A stretch of DNA of 63,813 nt, the filler included, from Octopus bimaculoides (taxonomy: Eukaryota), in assembly GCF_001194135.2 (NCBI RefSeq). It is 7 parts of 7 records of this genome, joined end to end, with 100 filler letters (N's around TTAATTAATTAA, not from the genome) between each part and the next. Parts side by side here need not be neighbours in the genome. Positions count along the whole stretch, not along the records: positions 1 to 6,206 come from NC_068991.1; positions 6,307 to 19,694 come from NC_068988.1; 5 more parts are not named here. One strand, written 5' to 3'. The notes beneath the pieces were generated by a model. It was not told the origin of the DNA, ran no database searches, and worked only from the letters and a program-made list of their open reading frames with translations. Below are positions 1 through 13,269 of the stretch, in pieces; positions within the stretch are counted from its first letter, which is position 1; each line of letters begins with the position of its first letter. Both the position numbers and the translations under genes were made by a program.

Positions 1-394
1 TTGAAATTATTTTTTTTCTGTGCCTCTGATTAAAATTTTTGAAAAACAAACCCAGCCACATTACTTGGAAAAAAATAATCTTTATCGTGCTGGTTTTTCG
101 TAAAATTTCGCGCATGGGAAAGGCAACAAAATCGCCCCTCCCCACTTTGAATGGGATATTCCGATAATAAAATAATAATATAAATAATAATAAAATAATA
201 ATATAAAAGTTATAATTGATTATCTCGGTAACCATGGGAGTTGGAGGGCAATAAAAATCTCCTGAATATGAGCGGACCATGCTGCCGCTCTGTGATGAAT
301 TTCACGCGATTCCACTGCACCGTTCTCGAGTGAATCTGCCGACACTCAATCAATCAATCAAGCAATCAAGAACACTGCAATTTATAGTATAGAT
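1..394 (+). mobile_element. Possible 3' end of a non-autonomous Helitron/Helentron-like element
   Basis: Ends with ...ccgttctcgag..., a (TCAA)n tract and tttatagtatagat. This layout resembles Lep1/DINE-1-type elements. Recognition by pattern only. Confidence 0.3.
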
Positions 395-438
395 ATAACT
401 ATATAAATATATATAACTATATAAACATATATATATAT

Positions 439-833
439 AGTAGCTTGCTTACCAACCACATGATTCCGGGTTCGGTCCCAATGCATGGCACCTTGGGCAA
501 CTGTCTTCTAGTATAGCCTGTCCCTCAGGCTATAGTAGAAGACACTGGCCTATAGTAGACACTTGGTTATAGACTTGTGAGTGGATTTGGTAGACAGAAA
601 CTGAAAAGCAGCCTGTCATATATGTGTGTGTGTCTGTGTTTGTTGCCCCACCATCACTTGACAACAAATGCTAGTGTGTTTACATCCCCATAACTTAGCA
701 GTTCAGCAAAAGGATCAATAGAATAAGTACTAGGCTTACAAAGAATAAGTCCTAGGGTGCATTTGTTCGACTAAAAGCCGGTGCTCCAGCATGGCTTCAG
801 TCAAATGACTGAAACAAATAAAAGAGTAAAAGA

Positions 834-835
<2 letters not shown>
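439..835 (+). mobile_element. tRNA-derived SINE, family A
   Basis: Same head (agtagcttgcttaccaaccacatg.ttccgggttc), body and tail (ctccagcatgg...gactgaaaca.taaaagagtaaaaga) as the copies at 10204 and 61916. Confidence 0.9.
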
Positions 836-870
<35 letters not shown>

Positions 871-873
<3 letters not shown>

Positions 874-3690
874 TCATCATTGTTGTTGTTTAACATCCGC
901 TTTCCATGCTGGCATGGGCTGGACGGTTTAACTGAGGCCTGGCAAGCCAGAAGGCTGCATTAGGCTCCAATCTGATCTGGCAAAGTTTCTACAGCTGGAT
1001 GCCATAATGCCAACCACTCTGAGAGTGTAGTGTATGTCTTTTATGTGCCACCGGTATGGATGCCAGTGAGGTAGCACTGGCAATGACCACACTTGAACGG
1101 TGCTTTTTATGTGCTACCAGCACAGGACCAGTCAGGCGGCACTGGCATCGACCATGCTCGAATGGTGTTTTTTATGTGCCAGTCAGGCTGTACTGGCATC
1201 GGCTACAACAATGACTTCACTTGACTCAGCAGGTCTTCTCAAGCACAATGACTGAGGGGTACTCTTAAATGGGCCAGTTATACTGCACTGGCATAGGCCA
1301 TGGTTTCTGTCTCATTTGGCTTGCTAAGTCTTCTGAAGCACAGCATATCTCCAATGGTCTCAGTCACTTGTCATCGCCTCCGTGAAGCCCAACGTTCGAA
1401 GGTCATACTTCACCACCTCTTCCCAGGTCTTCCTGGGTCTACCTCTTCTACAGGTTCCCTCTACTGCTAGGGTGTGACACTTTTTCACACAGTTATTCTC
1501 ATCCTATGGAGTTTCTACCTATGCCTTTTCTACAGATAGAGAGCAGGGCCATCTGCCTGAAGGGATTTGTCATTTGTCTGCCTTCCTACTTATTAAGACT
1601 TTGCTTTTTGCTAGATTGACACTAAGGCCCTTCGGTTCTAGACCTTCTTTCCACACATGAAATTCTCTAGTTCTGATAGTGACTCAAGTATTAGAGCAAG
1701 GTCGTCGACATAGAGAAACTCCCAGGGGCATCCTGTCTTGAATTCCTCTGTTATTGCCAGGAGGACACTATGATAAATAAGAGGGGGCTGAGGACTGATC
1801 CTTGGTGGACCCCTACTCTCACCCGGAATTCTTTACTGTACTCGTTGCCAATCCTCACCATACTGACAGCATCCTTGTACATGGCTTACACAGCTCTCAC
1901 TAACCACTCATCTATCCTTAGTTTCTGCATTGACCACCAGATAAGGGATCAGGGGACCCTGTCAAAAGCTTTCTTCATGTCAACTAGAGCCAGGTACAGA
2001 GGTTTATCTTTGTTTAGGTATTTCTGCTGCAGCTGTCTTACCAGAAATATAGCATCAGTGGTGCTTTTCCCTGTCACAAACCCAAACTGCATCTCATCTA
2101 AACTAACTCTTTTCCTAATTGGTTGGGATACGACCCACTCTGTGACTTTCATTACCTGATCCAACAACTTGATACCTCTGTAATTATTCATATATATGAT
2201 GCTGCTACACCAGTCATTGGGTATGACTCCTACGTGTATCAGCTGATTGACTATAAGGGTGACTAGACTATAGCCGACACCGCCAGATATATTAAGCATC
2301 TCTGATGGGCCGGGGACTTTCCCTCTCTTCATACCCTTAATTGCTTTGTCTACCAAGGTACTGTCAATTCGGATAGCTGGTACCTCTGTTGGGTCAACAT
2401 TCGGCAGACTCTCTTTCTCCCATTTATTATCTTCATTTAGCAACCTTTCATAGTGGTATCTCCATACCTCATCCATGTGGACACATTTCTCTCCTATGAC
2501 ATCACAATTCTCTCTCACACACTCTCTTGCAACATGAAACACTTCAAGTCTTTGATCCTCACGACAGAACATTGGCAAATTTTTTCTGATCTGCTTCCCC
2601 TCTGGTTAAGCAAACCTGTTTCCTAGCTTCCCTTCTGGAAATGTGATACAATTCCCTGCTACCACCATTCTTCCAGTCCTTCCATACCTGTTTCTTTTCC
2701 CTAATATACCTGTCAACCACATTGTTCCACCACCAGGTTACCATGGGTCGAGAGGGGACTTTGCACCATCCACAGGTCTAGTCAGCAGCCCTCAACATTT
2801 TGTTCTGTAAGAACCTCCAGTTGTCTTCCACGTCATGAGATGCTATGTCTCCCTCTATTTCTCTGTCTATTTGTAAGATCCTTAAGCTTCCAGACCCTTC
2901 TTCTCCATGCTGGTTGTCTTCTGGGCATCAATTTAGCCCTGATCCTGAAGTCGATAACTACTACTCTATGTTGTGGGGGTGCATTCTTCACCTGAGGAGG
3001 TTTTGGCATTTATAAATAGCTATCTTTCCAGTTTCCTTGTGAGGATGTAATCAATTTGACTAGTGTGTCCACTAGTTTGGTAGGTGAATAGGTGACTGAC
3101 AGGTTTCCTGAAGTTAGTATTGCAAACCATAAGATCCTTTGCATCGCATAACTCCAGCAGCCTGGTTCCCTCCTCACTGCAGGAACCAAAACCATAGCCT
3201 CCATGTATGCCATGGAAGTCCCCTGCATGGCCAGCTACAAAGAGAAGGTCCTTGTCATTTGTCAATGAGGTACTCTGCAAGAGGGTGTCATAAAATCAGT
3301 CTTTCTGTTCATCAGGTAGCCCTGGCTGAAGGACATAAACTCTGCAGCACTAATCTTAAGACTACCTTGATTACTTTATCAACCCATTTCTCTGCAAGAA
3401 GCATACCCATGCCCCGGACCCAGAAAATCTTATACTTATATTCTTTGCCTGTGAGTAACCTAGCAGGACTTCCTCTCCACCTTACTTCTTAGGTGCAGCA
3501 CAAATCTACACATCTCCATTCAAGTATCTCAACAATCTCACCAGACCTACCTTTCAGTGTGCTAACTCTGAGGGTGTAGTAGGTGTGGGCTCGTGAGACC
3601 CTGGGATGGGGGACAGCATCGTCATGTACCTGAAAAGAAAGCTCACATTTGGCAGAACTCATAAACATACAATAGCTTTCAACCTTCATA
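871..3690 (-). mobile_element. RTE-clade LINE, near full length but degraded and internally deleted (APE endonuclease + RT)
   Basis: Minus-strand peptides: TLKGRSGEIVEILEWRCVDLCC (EN start), GYGFG...GTRLLELCDAKDLMVCNTNFRKP...QIDYIL (EN), NYRGIKLLDQVMKV...QFGFVTGKSTTDAIF...DMKKAFDRVP (RT). (GAT)n tail at about 871-880. Multiple stops and frameshifts. Confidence 0.92.
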
Positions 3691-4010
3691 GATTACACCA
3701 TCATTTTATGCCCTAGATAATCACTACATTACATAGGAGATAAACCCTAAGTAGGGATGGGGGAAACATTAAGCCTTTGGAGGTGTTCATGGGAGAGACA
3801 TCCTATAGAGATCAGAGGATAGAGATTTCCGGTACAGGTGGTGGGGGTGGGAATGGAAGGAGCACTGCGAAACAGCAAAAACTCAGGCTGCCAGTGTGAA
3901 AGAATATAAATGATAATAATGAGATAGAATTGGGCATTTGCATTCTTAACTAGAGCTATAACCAACAGTTTTCGGCCAGCCAAACTGACAAAATTAGATA
4001 AATGAATGAA

Positions 4011-6206
4011 TCATCATCATCACCATCATCATCGTTGCTTAACGTCCGCTTTCCATGCTAGCATGGGTTGGACGATTTGACTGAGGATTGGTAAACCAGA
4101 TGGCTACACCAGTCTCCAATCTGATTTGGCAGAGTTTCTACAGCTGGATGCCCTTCCTAATGCCAATCACTCCGAGAGTGTAGTGGGTGCTTTTACGTGC
4201 CACCAGCACGAAGGCCAGTCAGGAGGTACTGGCAACGGCCACGCTCGAAATGGTGTATTTTACGTGTCACCTGCACAGGAGCCAGTCCAGCGGTTCTGGC
4301 AACGAACTCACTTGAATGTCTTTTCACGTGCCAGGAGGGCGACGTTGGTAACAGTCACGCTCAAATGGAGCTATTTACGTGCCACCGGCACGAAAGTCAA
4401 ACAGCTGGTGCTCTGGCAACAATCACACTCGGACAGTGCTCTAAGTGATTTACTGGTACAGGTGCCATCACAATTTTGCTTTCGCTTGCCACAACAGGTC
4501 TTCGCAAGCCGAGTTTAGTGTTCAATGAAGACGTTGGCATGGGTGCCAGTCTACAAATTTAGTTCGATTTCAATTTCACTTGCCTCAACAGGTCTTCGCA
4601 AGCAGAGTTTAGTGTCCAAAGAAGGAACGTTACGCATAAGTGGGCTGGCTACATCCCTGGCAGAGGCCTTGGATTTTGGTCTCACTTGGCTTGCCNNNNN
4701 NNNNNCTCATCCATTCTCGCCACGTGTCTATACCAGCGCAATCCTCTCTCTTGCATACCACAACTGATGCTTCTTAGGTTTAACTTTTCTCTCAAGATAC
4801 TTACACTCTGTCGGGTATGCACACTGACATTACTCATCCATCGGAGCATACTGGCTTCATTCCTTGCGAGCTTACGCATGTCCTCAGCAGTCAAGGCCCA
4901 TGTTTCACTGCCATGTAGCATTTCTGTCCGTACACATGCGTCATACAGTCTGCCTTTTACTCTGAGCAAGAGGCCCTTTGTCGCCAGCAGAGGTAAGATC
5001 TCTCTGAACTTCGCCCAGGCTATTCTTATTCTAGCAGCTACACTTTCAGCGCAGCCACCCCCACTACTAACTTGGTCACCTAGATAGCGGAAGCTATCAA
5101 CTACGTCTATTTTTTCTCCCTGGAATGTGGCAGAAGTTGTTTTCTGCGCATTTACAGTGTTTATTGCTCCTGAACATCTGCTTCATATAAAAACTAACTT
5201 CCTAGTTAACCTTCCTTTGATATTGCTGCACCTCATATGTGCCCATAGCTTGCACTGGGTGCACCTTATAGAGTTTCTACCTATGACTTTTCTACAGATT
5301 GAGCAGGGCCATCTACCTGAAAGGGTTTGTGTTTTGTCTACCTTCCTACTTATTAGAACTTTGGTTTTAGCTAAGTTGACCCTAAGGNNNNNNNNNNGTT
5401 TTGTCTACCTTCCTACTTATTAGAACTTTGGTTTTAGCTAAGTTGACCCTAAGGCCCTTCGATTCTAGTCCCTGCTTCCACACCTGAAACTTCTCTATTC
5501 AGCAATTAGAGCAAGGTCATCAGCATAGAGGAGCTCCCAGGGGAATCTTGTCTTGAATTCCTCTGTTATCGCTATGATAAAAAGGAGGAGGATGAGGACA
5601 GAACCTTGGTTGACCCCTACCTCTACCCAGAATTCTTCACTATACTCATTGCCAACCCTCACCTTACTGACAGCGTCTCTGTACATGGCTCGCACAGCTC
5701 TCACTAACCATTCTTCTATCCTTAGTTTCCTCATTGACCACCAGATAAGGGATCGGGGGACCCTGTCAAATGCTTTCTCCATGTCAACAAAAGCCAAGTA
5801 CAGAGGTTTATCCTTGGCTAGGTATTTCTCCGGCAGCTGTCTTACCAGAAATATAGCATCAGTGGTGCTTTTCCCTCGCATGAACCCAAACTGCATCTCA
5901 TCTAAACTGACTCGCTACCTAATTAGTTGGGCTATGACACTCTCCGTGACTTTCATTACCTGATCCAACAACTTGATACCTCTGTAATTATTTGTATCTA
6001 AGGCATCACCTTTACCTTTGTAACAGTTGACTATGGTGCTGCTACACTAGTCATTGGGTATGACTCCTTCGTGTATCACCTGGTTAACAATATGGGTGAC
6101 TAGGCTATAGCCGACACTGCCAGATATTTTGAGCATCTCTGCAGTGATTCCTGATGGGCCAGGGGCTTTCTCTGTCTTCATACTCTTAATTGCTTTATCT
6201 AACAAG
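4011..6206 (-). mobile_element. RTE-clade LINE, second copy (RT + 3' UTR), cut by gaps
   Basis: ORF 5495-5896: QFGFMRGKSTTDAIF...KAFDRVPR...GVNQGSVL..LLF...WELLYADDLALIAE. C-terminal LYDACVRTEMLHGSETW. Same 3' UTR and (GAT)n tail as copy 1. Confidence 0.93.
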
Positions 6207-6250
6207 NNNNNNNNNNNNNNNNNNNNNNNNNNNNNNNNNNNNNNNNNNNN

Positions 6251-6262
6251 TTAATTAATTAA
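6251..6262. other. Artificial scaffold spacer N44-TTAATTAATTAA-N44 (also at 19739, 24756, 35722, 53071 and 61634)
   Basis: The same 12-mer, with stops in all frames, sits in the middle of 100-bp N runs six times. Confidence 0.93.
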
Positions 6263-6306
6263 NNNNNNNNNNNNNNNNNNNNNNNNNNNNNNNNNNNNNN
6301 NNNNNN

Positions 6307-6512
6307 TAAACAAAAGTAAATGAGTATATGCATATATACGTACAGGTATGTGCATACCGACATCCACCTGTATGTATAGGTGCATATCTGGGTACAGGAC
6401 ATTGCAAACAAACGTAGACGAGAACACACGAGCCACATAGAGAACATTCTACTTCATCAGCTACCCACGTTTTAACACCGGCGTTTCGACGAGCTTCGGG
6501 CAGTTAAGGCGA
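6307..6512 (-). repeat. Unclassified interspersed repeat module next to (TA)n
   Basis: cagctaccc...ttttaacaccggcgtt recurs at 39111-39140. Confidence 0.4.
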
Positions 6513-6513
6513 G

Positions 6514-6545
<32 letters not shown>

Positions 6546-7204
6546 GTATATATAGGTATATAAATCTATATAAACATACATCACTGCTTCAGTATATTAA
6601 TGCATGTGTTTGCGTGCGCATTGTGCGTATACATGTGCATGTGTGTTTGTGTGCATGTATCTACAGGGCTGATGGATGTCGGCTAGATAGGAGTGTGACT
6701 ATTGCTTTTTAAAGAGCTTCAAAACAAAAGATGACGTAACAAAGCAACAGATAATCTACCACTTTCACCACAGGCGTATGTTTAAATGTCTCTTCTCGCT
6801 TAAATGCTATACAGAATCGTGTCTTTGGAATTCTGTGTAGACATGGTGTTATTGCGTGTTTTCTTTCTAATATCAGGATTGCATTACATGACTTCGATTC
6901 ATGTACCACCGAGTGGATAGCATTTCCAGCTATTGATAATTGAAACTGCTTACAACCATTGGATATTTGAAGGGATTATTTTTATCTAAGTCTTTTCTAT
7001 TTTACGTCGCTTCCAATCGCACGGATGAATTCATTAACACAACGCAATTTCTAATAGGCACATACATGCACACGCACATATATACACACATACACATTTA
7101 TACGTGCGTGTGTGTGTGTGTGTGTGTGCGTATGTATGTATGTATGTATGTATGTATGTATATATCTATATCAATATTCAGTTTTATATCAAAAATTTCT
7201 TGCC

Positions 7205-7280
7205 AATAGAGTAAGAGCCGGTTTCTTACCTAGACCCAAGGCACCTTCACTGGAATTTCAACATCAACAACAGGGTAATT
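7205..7280 (-). mobile_element. Short 3' UTR fragment of R4/Dong-like subfamily 1
   Basis: ccggtttct..ctagacccaagg...ttcactggaatttcaacatcaaca matches about 32677-32735. Confidence 0.55.
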
Positions 7281-7434
7281 TTGTATGTATGTTACGGGGG
7301 TGCATAAACAGACCAACAACGGTTGTCAGTCGATGAACAGACACAAGGTCACACGCACACACAAACACACATATACACACACATATACATACATGAACAC
7401 ACACAGACAAACACACAAGCGCACACACATACAC

Positions 7435-7600
7435 TCATATATACGACAGGCTTCTTTCGGTTTCTGTCAAATAAACCAAATCGCAAGTCTTTGGTAGTAC
7501 AGAAACTATAGTGGAAGGCATTGCCGAAGGCGTTATGCAGAGGCACTGAGCCAAGAATCTTGTGGTCTGGAAGCAAACGCATTCCCACAGAGCTCCACTT
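7435..7600 (-). mobile_element. Degenerate SINE family A, 5' half
   Basis: Reverse-complement similarity to the family A head and body (tatacgacaggcttctttcggtttc...). Confidence 0.6.
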
Positions 7601-8097
7601 GCGCCTCTTTTTCTCACTCTCTCACTCTCTTTCTCACTCTCAATATGTGTGTGTGTGTGTGTGTGTGTGTATTTATGCACATCACACACCACCAAACACA
7701 AAATTTACACACACTTATGCGCATGGAAGTGCATGTATGCATAAATTTTATGCACATGGGTGTCTATGCCGTAGACACGCATTTATATATGCTTGTGTGT
7801 ATTTTCACACATACGCACTCACGTGCACACACGCACACACACACACACACACAAACTCACGTATACACACAAACACACACTCATGCACACATACACACAA
7901 CACATATGCATATGTAGACATATATATATATATATGTAAATTTTTATATGCATATATATATATATCGTTTATGCCATAAAGTTAAACCATTTATGGACGG
8001 GAAACCCAGAATAACCTCATAAATTGGCCTTTCTCAATGAAATATGTATATAGATCGCTAGCCACTACATTTTCTCTCCCTGTTTCGTTCTGTATTC

Positions 8098-8133
8098 CTT
8101 TCTGTGGAAGAGCGTAGGCTTGAAACGTTAGAG
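8098..8133 (+). ncRNA. Minimal type I hammerhead ribozyme-like fold (core CUGUGGA), in a repeat module spanning about 7960-8225
   Basis: Stem I CUUU/AGAG, core CUGUGGA plus an extra A, stem II GAGC-GUAG-GCUU, GAAAC, triplet GUU, palindromic ACGU stem III. Homologous to 53288-53324. Confidence 0.55.
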
Positions 8134-8425
8134 ACTTTTTCACTTCCCGAGCGTTAAATTAAACTAATACAACTGCTTGTTGTCTATACCACGTGTCTTC
8201 GTCTTTGTTTTTTGTGAATTCTCCCNNNNNNNNNNNNNNNNNNNNNNNNNNNNNNNNNNNNNNNNNNNNNNNNNNNNNNNNNNNNNNNNNNNNNNNNNNN
8301 NNNNNNNNNNNNNNNNNNNNNNNNNNNNNNNNNNNNNNNNNNNNNNNNNNNNNNNNNNNNNNNNNNNNNNNNNNNNNNNNNNNNNNNNNNNNNNNNNNNN
8401 NNNNNNNNNNNNNNNNNNNNNNNNN

Positions 8426-8494
<69 letters not shown>

Positions 8495-9004
8495 TGTGTG
8501 TGTGCCTAGGTAGGAAGGAAAACGAACAAATTCCTTGAAAAGTCTGTTAACTTTTTTTAAAACATTAAATCAATCGTATCTAGTTACTAAAGAAAAAACG
8601 CCATTATAATTTATAACCTGGGATTTGAGTAAAGCAGACAGAAAGTTCGTTTCCACCAACGATATTACCCGTTTCAGAATAGTCGATATAACTTAGGGTA
8701 ATTAGTGTTCTGAGTGGGTCTGTGTATAAAAATACAAATGTACTTTACTAAAAGAGACATCGGCGTTACAAGCATATGTTGTAGCTTCAATCGTGAACAG
8801 ATCAAGTGAGAGTATTTATAAAATGATTGGTTGGCGTTTAGTAGCGAATAGTGGATGTTATGTTGTGAAGTTTAGAGAAAATAGCACTCTGTTCAATTTA
8901 TTTTTCGTTTGATCTCTTCTATAATTTGTTGAAATTGCTCTCTTATTAACTGGAAATTTAATTGTGGTTTTGTACATTTCTTTCTGTCTTCTCTTTTCTG
9001 TCTC

Positions 9005-9051
<47 letters not shown>

Positions 9052-9679
9052 ATTGCTCACTCTCTCAACCGCCTCTCCAGCTCTTTCTCTTTCTCTCCTT
9101 TTCTGTCTAACACATTTCATCATTTATCCGCCCTCTCCCATCTTCTTTCTCTCCTTCCCTCTCTCCCTCTCCTCTCTGCCTCCCTCTCTCCCTATTTTCT
9201 TCTTCTTTTTCTCCTTCTTCTTCTCTCTCATCTAGAAAATGCTCTTTCTTTATCAGTCCTGATTATCAATTTATAGAGAATACTCATTTGTCTCCTGATA
9301 AGAAGCGATTCCGTTAAATGTGTCTTTATTTTCAATATACATGCGTACACACACTTACATACATAGTCGTGTGCGTTTGTATCAATATATATATATATAG
9401 GTGTGTGTCTGTGTTAGTAAGTGTGCATATATTGTACGCATATTTTGTATGTGTGTATAGATGCGTATGCTTATGCTTATGTATATATACATATGTGTAT
9501 ATATATGAGTGTGTGTGTGTGTGTATATATATATATATGTATATGTATATTTGTGTGAATGTTTATATATCGATCGATCTTATCTGTCTATCTGTCTGTT
9601 TGTGGGTATATATGTATGCATGTATGAATGTAAGTAGTATGTGTAATCACGTGACTTATTTGTAAATGTTTTATACTCA

Positions 9680-9810
9680 CGATCTCACGGTTTTGGTTTC
9701 GATATCCAGTCCGGAGTGCGCTGTGCTCTTGAGCAAAACACTTCATTTTCCTTTGCTCCTAGCCACTCAGCCTTAAAAAAGGTAATCCTATTGAGGGTGT
9801 AGTAATCTGT
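9680..9810 (+). mobile_element. Old SINE remnant (tRNA-like head plus core)
   Basis: ggtttcgatatcc B-box-like motif followed by ctcttgagcaaaacacttcattttc.ttgctcc.agccactcagc, typical of ancient SINE cores. Confidence 0.4.
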
Positions 9811-10203
9811 AGCTAAAATAGTTGAATGATCTATATTGCAAGAAGTGTTATAGAGTAACCTCCCTTTAGTAAGTTTCTAGGTAGGTTCTACTTCATGAGA
9901 AGTAATTCTTAATTATTCAAGAAGCTTCGCGTTTCTCTTGGAGGTTTCTAGAATGTCTACCGTTCCATTAATAAAAACAGCTTGTTTGCCCTGCTCTTTG
10001 CTTCTTAGTCGACTAGACTCTGAGCCATTGACGTCGTTGCTATGTCTGTCTATTTCTCTACGCCACATGACTGAAGACCACCACTTAGCTGTTATTTCTA
10101 CATTTCTGAACTTCCTTGCATAGATTACTTCATTCAACTAGATTCTATATTTTGATCATATTTCATCAACAATCAATGAATAAAAAATATTTTTAATGTA
10201 GGA

Positions 10204-10365
10204 GTGGCTGTGTGGTAAGTAGTTTGCTTTACCAACCACATGGTTCCGGGTTCAGTCCCACTGCGTGGCACCTTGGGCAAGTGTCTTCTACAATAGCCTC
10301 TGGCCGACCAAACCTTGTGAGTGGATATGGTAGATGGAAACTGAAAGAAGCCCGTCGTATATATG

Positions 10366-10398
<33 letters not shown>

Positions 10399-10606
10399 TT
10401 GTGTGTCTATGTTTGTCCCCCACCATCGCTTGACAACTGAAGTTTGTGTTTTTACGTCCCCATAACTTAGCGGTTCGGCTAATGTGACCGATAGAATAAG
10501 TACTAGGATTACAAAGAATAAGTCCTGAAGTTGATTTGTTCGATTAAAGGCAGTGTTCCAGCATGGCCGCAGTCAAATTCCTGAAAGCAAGTAAAAGGAT
10601 AAAAGA
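10204..10606 (+). mobile_element. tRNA-derived SINE, family A, full length
   Basis: A-box-like tggctgtgtggtaag, B-box-like ggttcagtcc, internal (TA)/(TG) microsatellite, conserved tail. Confidence 0.92.
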
Positions 10607-11042
10607 AATTTCTTGTTCTGTTATCGGTAGCATGAAGAAGTGCTCCATCGAATGGGAGATAAATATCATTTAATGCAAACTGTATTTTAACAAGAGCTAC
10701 GAATAAACTCATGTCATGGAAACAAGATAATTCGCCATATTTATATAACGTGACTTGTGTATCTAAGCTATATTTCTGGCTCAGGGCACATGGTTAGTTC
10801 TGCTTGAAGACCAGAACGCTTGTCCACAAGAAAACATGAAATAAAACGAGAAGCTTCAAGCAAAATGCAAAGCGAGAAGAAAACGGATGAGAGAAAAAAA
10901 TAACAGAAAAAAATAGAAGGAAAAAAATCCTAAGCGTTGCGTACTTTTTATCCGTTGAGATCATGATTATGTAACATTATGGTGTGGATTATTTATGTTT
11001 GTGGGTTTTCACACACACACATACACACAGTCACATATATAA

Positions 11043-11109
<67 letters not shown>

Positions 11110-11129
11110 CATACATAGACAAAGACAAT

Positions 11130-11513
11130 GTTGGCACTCCGTCGCTTACGACGTCGAGGGTCCCAGTTGATCCGATCAACGGAACAGCCTGCTCGTGAAA
11201 TTAACGTGCAAGTGGCTGAGCACTCCACAGACACGTGTACCCTTAACGTAGTTCTCGGGGATATTCAGCATGACACAGTGTGTGACAAGGCTGACCCTTT
11301 GAATTACAGGCACAACAGAAACAGGAAGTAAGAGTGAGAGAAAGTTGTGGTGAACGAGTACAGCAGGGTTCACCACCATCCCCTGCCGGAGCCTCGTGGA
11401 GCTTTGGGTGTTTTCGATCAATAAACACTCACAACGCCCGGTCTGGGAATCGAAACCGCGATCCTATGACCGCGAGTCCGCTGCCGTAACCACTGAGCCA
11501 TTGCGCCTCCACT
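11130..11513 (-). mobile_element. tRNA-derived SINE, family C, full length with 12-bp TSD
   Basis: GACAAAGACAAT at both 11118-11129 and 11514-11525. Head tggctcagtggtt...ggtttcgattccc. High identity to 18803-19174. Confidence 0.93.
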
Positions 11514-11819
11514 GACAAAGACAATATGCAGTAGGTTTTCGTCATGTTACGTATTACAATAGGTATGTACTATGAGTGGTAAGTTTGGGTTACACTAAAA
11601 GTGCGACTTTGGACCGCAACTGAAGGATGTGTTGAGACTGCCTATTAAAGGTGGCTAGATTTGGTTTCTCCTTCAGTGGGTGGATATAGTATAAAGTAGA
11701 AAATGGAAAAGCAAAACATTTGGCATCATTCCCAAAAAATTTTTTTAACTTACATACAGAATATAATCGTAGTTATAATAAATAGTTAAAGGTGCTTACA
11801 GCTATTTCTAGAACCATCA

Positions 11820-11871
<52 letters not shown>

Positions 11872-13217
11872 GCATGCGCGCGCATGTGAGTGTGCGTGAT
11901 GGTACGTGTGTGTATGTATGTATATAATCAAAGTGAGTGTGTGTGTNNNNNNNNNNNNNNNNNNNNNNNNNNNNNNNNNNNNNNNNNNNNNNNNNNNNNN
12001 NNNNNNNNNNNNNNNNNNNNNNNNNNNNNNNNNNNNNNNNNNNNNNNNNNNNNNNNNNNNNNNNNNNNNNNNNNNNNNNNNNNNNNNNNNNNNNNNNNNN
12101 NNNNNNNNNNNNNNNNNNNNNNNNNNNNNNNNNNNNNNNNNNNNNNNNNNNNNNNNNNNNNNNNNNNNNNNNNNNNNNNNNNNNNNNNNNNNNNNNNNNN
12201 NNNNNNNNNNNNNNNNNNNNNNNNNNNNNNNNNNNNNNNNNNNNNNNNNNNNNNNNNNNNNNNNNNNNNNNNNNNNNNNNNNNNNNNNNNNNNNNNNNNN
12301 NNNNNNNNNNNNNNNNNNNNNNNNNNNNNNNNNNNNNNNNNNNNNNNNNNNNNNNNNNNNNNNNNNNNNNNNNNNNNNNNNNNNNNNNNNNNNNNNNNNN
12401 NNNNNNNNNNNNNNNNNNNNNNNNNNNNNNNNNNNNNNNNNNNNNNNNNNNNNNNNNNNNNNNNNNNNNNNNNNNNNNNNNNNNNNNNNNNNNNNNNNNN
12501 NNNNNNNNNNNNNNNNNNNNNNNNNNNNNNNNNNNNNNNNNNNNNNNNNNNNNNNNNNNNNNNNNNNNNNNNNNNNNNNNNNNNNNNNNNNNNNNNNNNN
12601 NNNNNNNTATATACATACACGCATACACAGACAGAGACACACAAAATATACACGGACAATAGAGAAAACACGTAGGAGCGCTCAAATGAATTTGAAGTTA
12701 AGTTGAATTCTTCAGCCAGGACTAAATTCTAAATTCTAAATTCCACGGCATAAAGAATCCAACGTGGGCTGATATGGTGATAGAGATGCTGATAGCACAA
12801 CTGGGCTTGACATATATATACATACATGCGAGTTTATATATATATATATAGTTTTAGAGAAAAGAACCAAGGTTCATGAACTCGTCGATGAAAATCCACA
12901 GTCACATATAGAAAATTAATAAGTAAAAGCACAATAAATGAGTATAATATAATACAAAGTAAATATAATATATATATATATGCGTGCATGTATATATATA
13001 CTCCTACACATGTACTGCGACATGTACAGTCGTATGAGCGTAGGTGCATGTGGATATGTAAGTACGCTGACATGTGGGCGTTATTTTGTTGATAAATATA
13101 AAATTTGTAATTGTAAGATCCTTGGTGTTTCTTTAAAGACTGACTTCATCCGAATAGAAATAACGAACGTCATATCGCGTTATTTTGAGACACATTCAGT
13201 AGAAGCAGCAGCAGCTC

Positions 13218-13269
<52 letters not shown>

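Noticed and set aside
1770-2159. Plus-strand ORFs at 1770, 5553 and 28081 that resemble each other
   Set aside because: They are antisense shadows of the RTE RT coding frame.
5325-5460. Direct duplication of about 55 bp in RTE copy 2
   Set aside because: It flanks a 10-N gap, which is typical of an unmerged contig overlap.
6207-6306. TTAATTAATTAA motif recurring six times, superficially like a regular repeat system
   Set aside because: It is always centred in a 100-bp N spacer, so it is an assembly linker and not biology.
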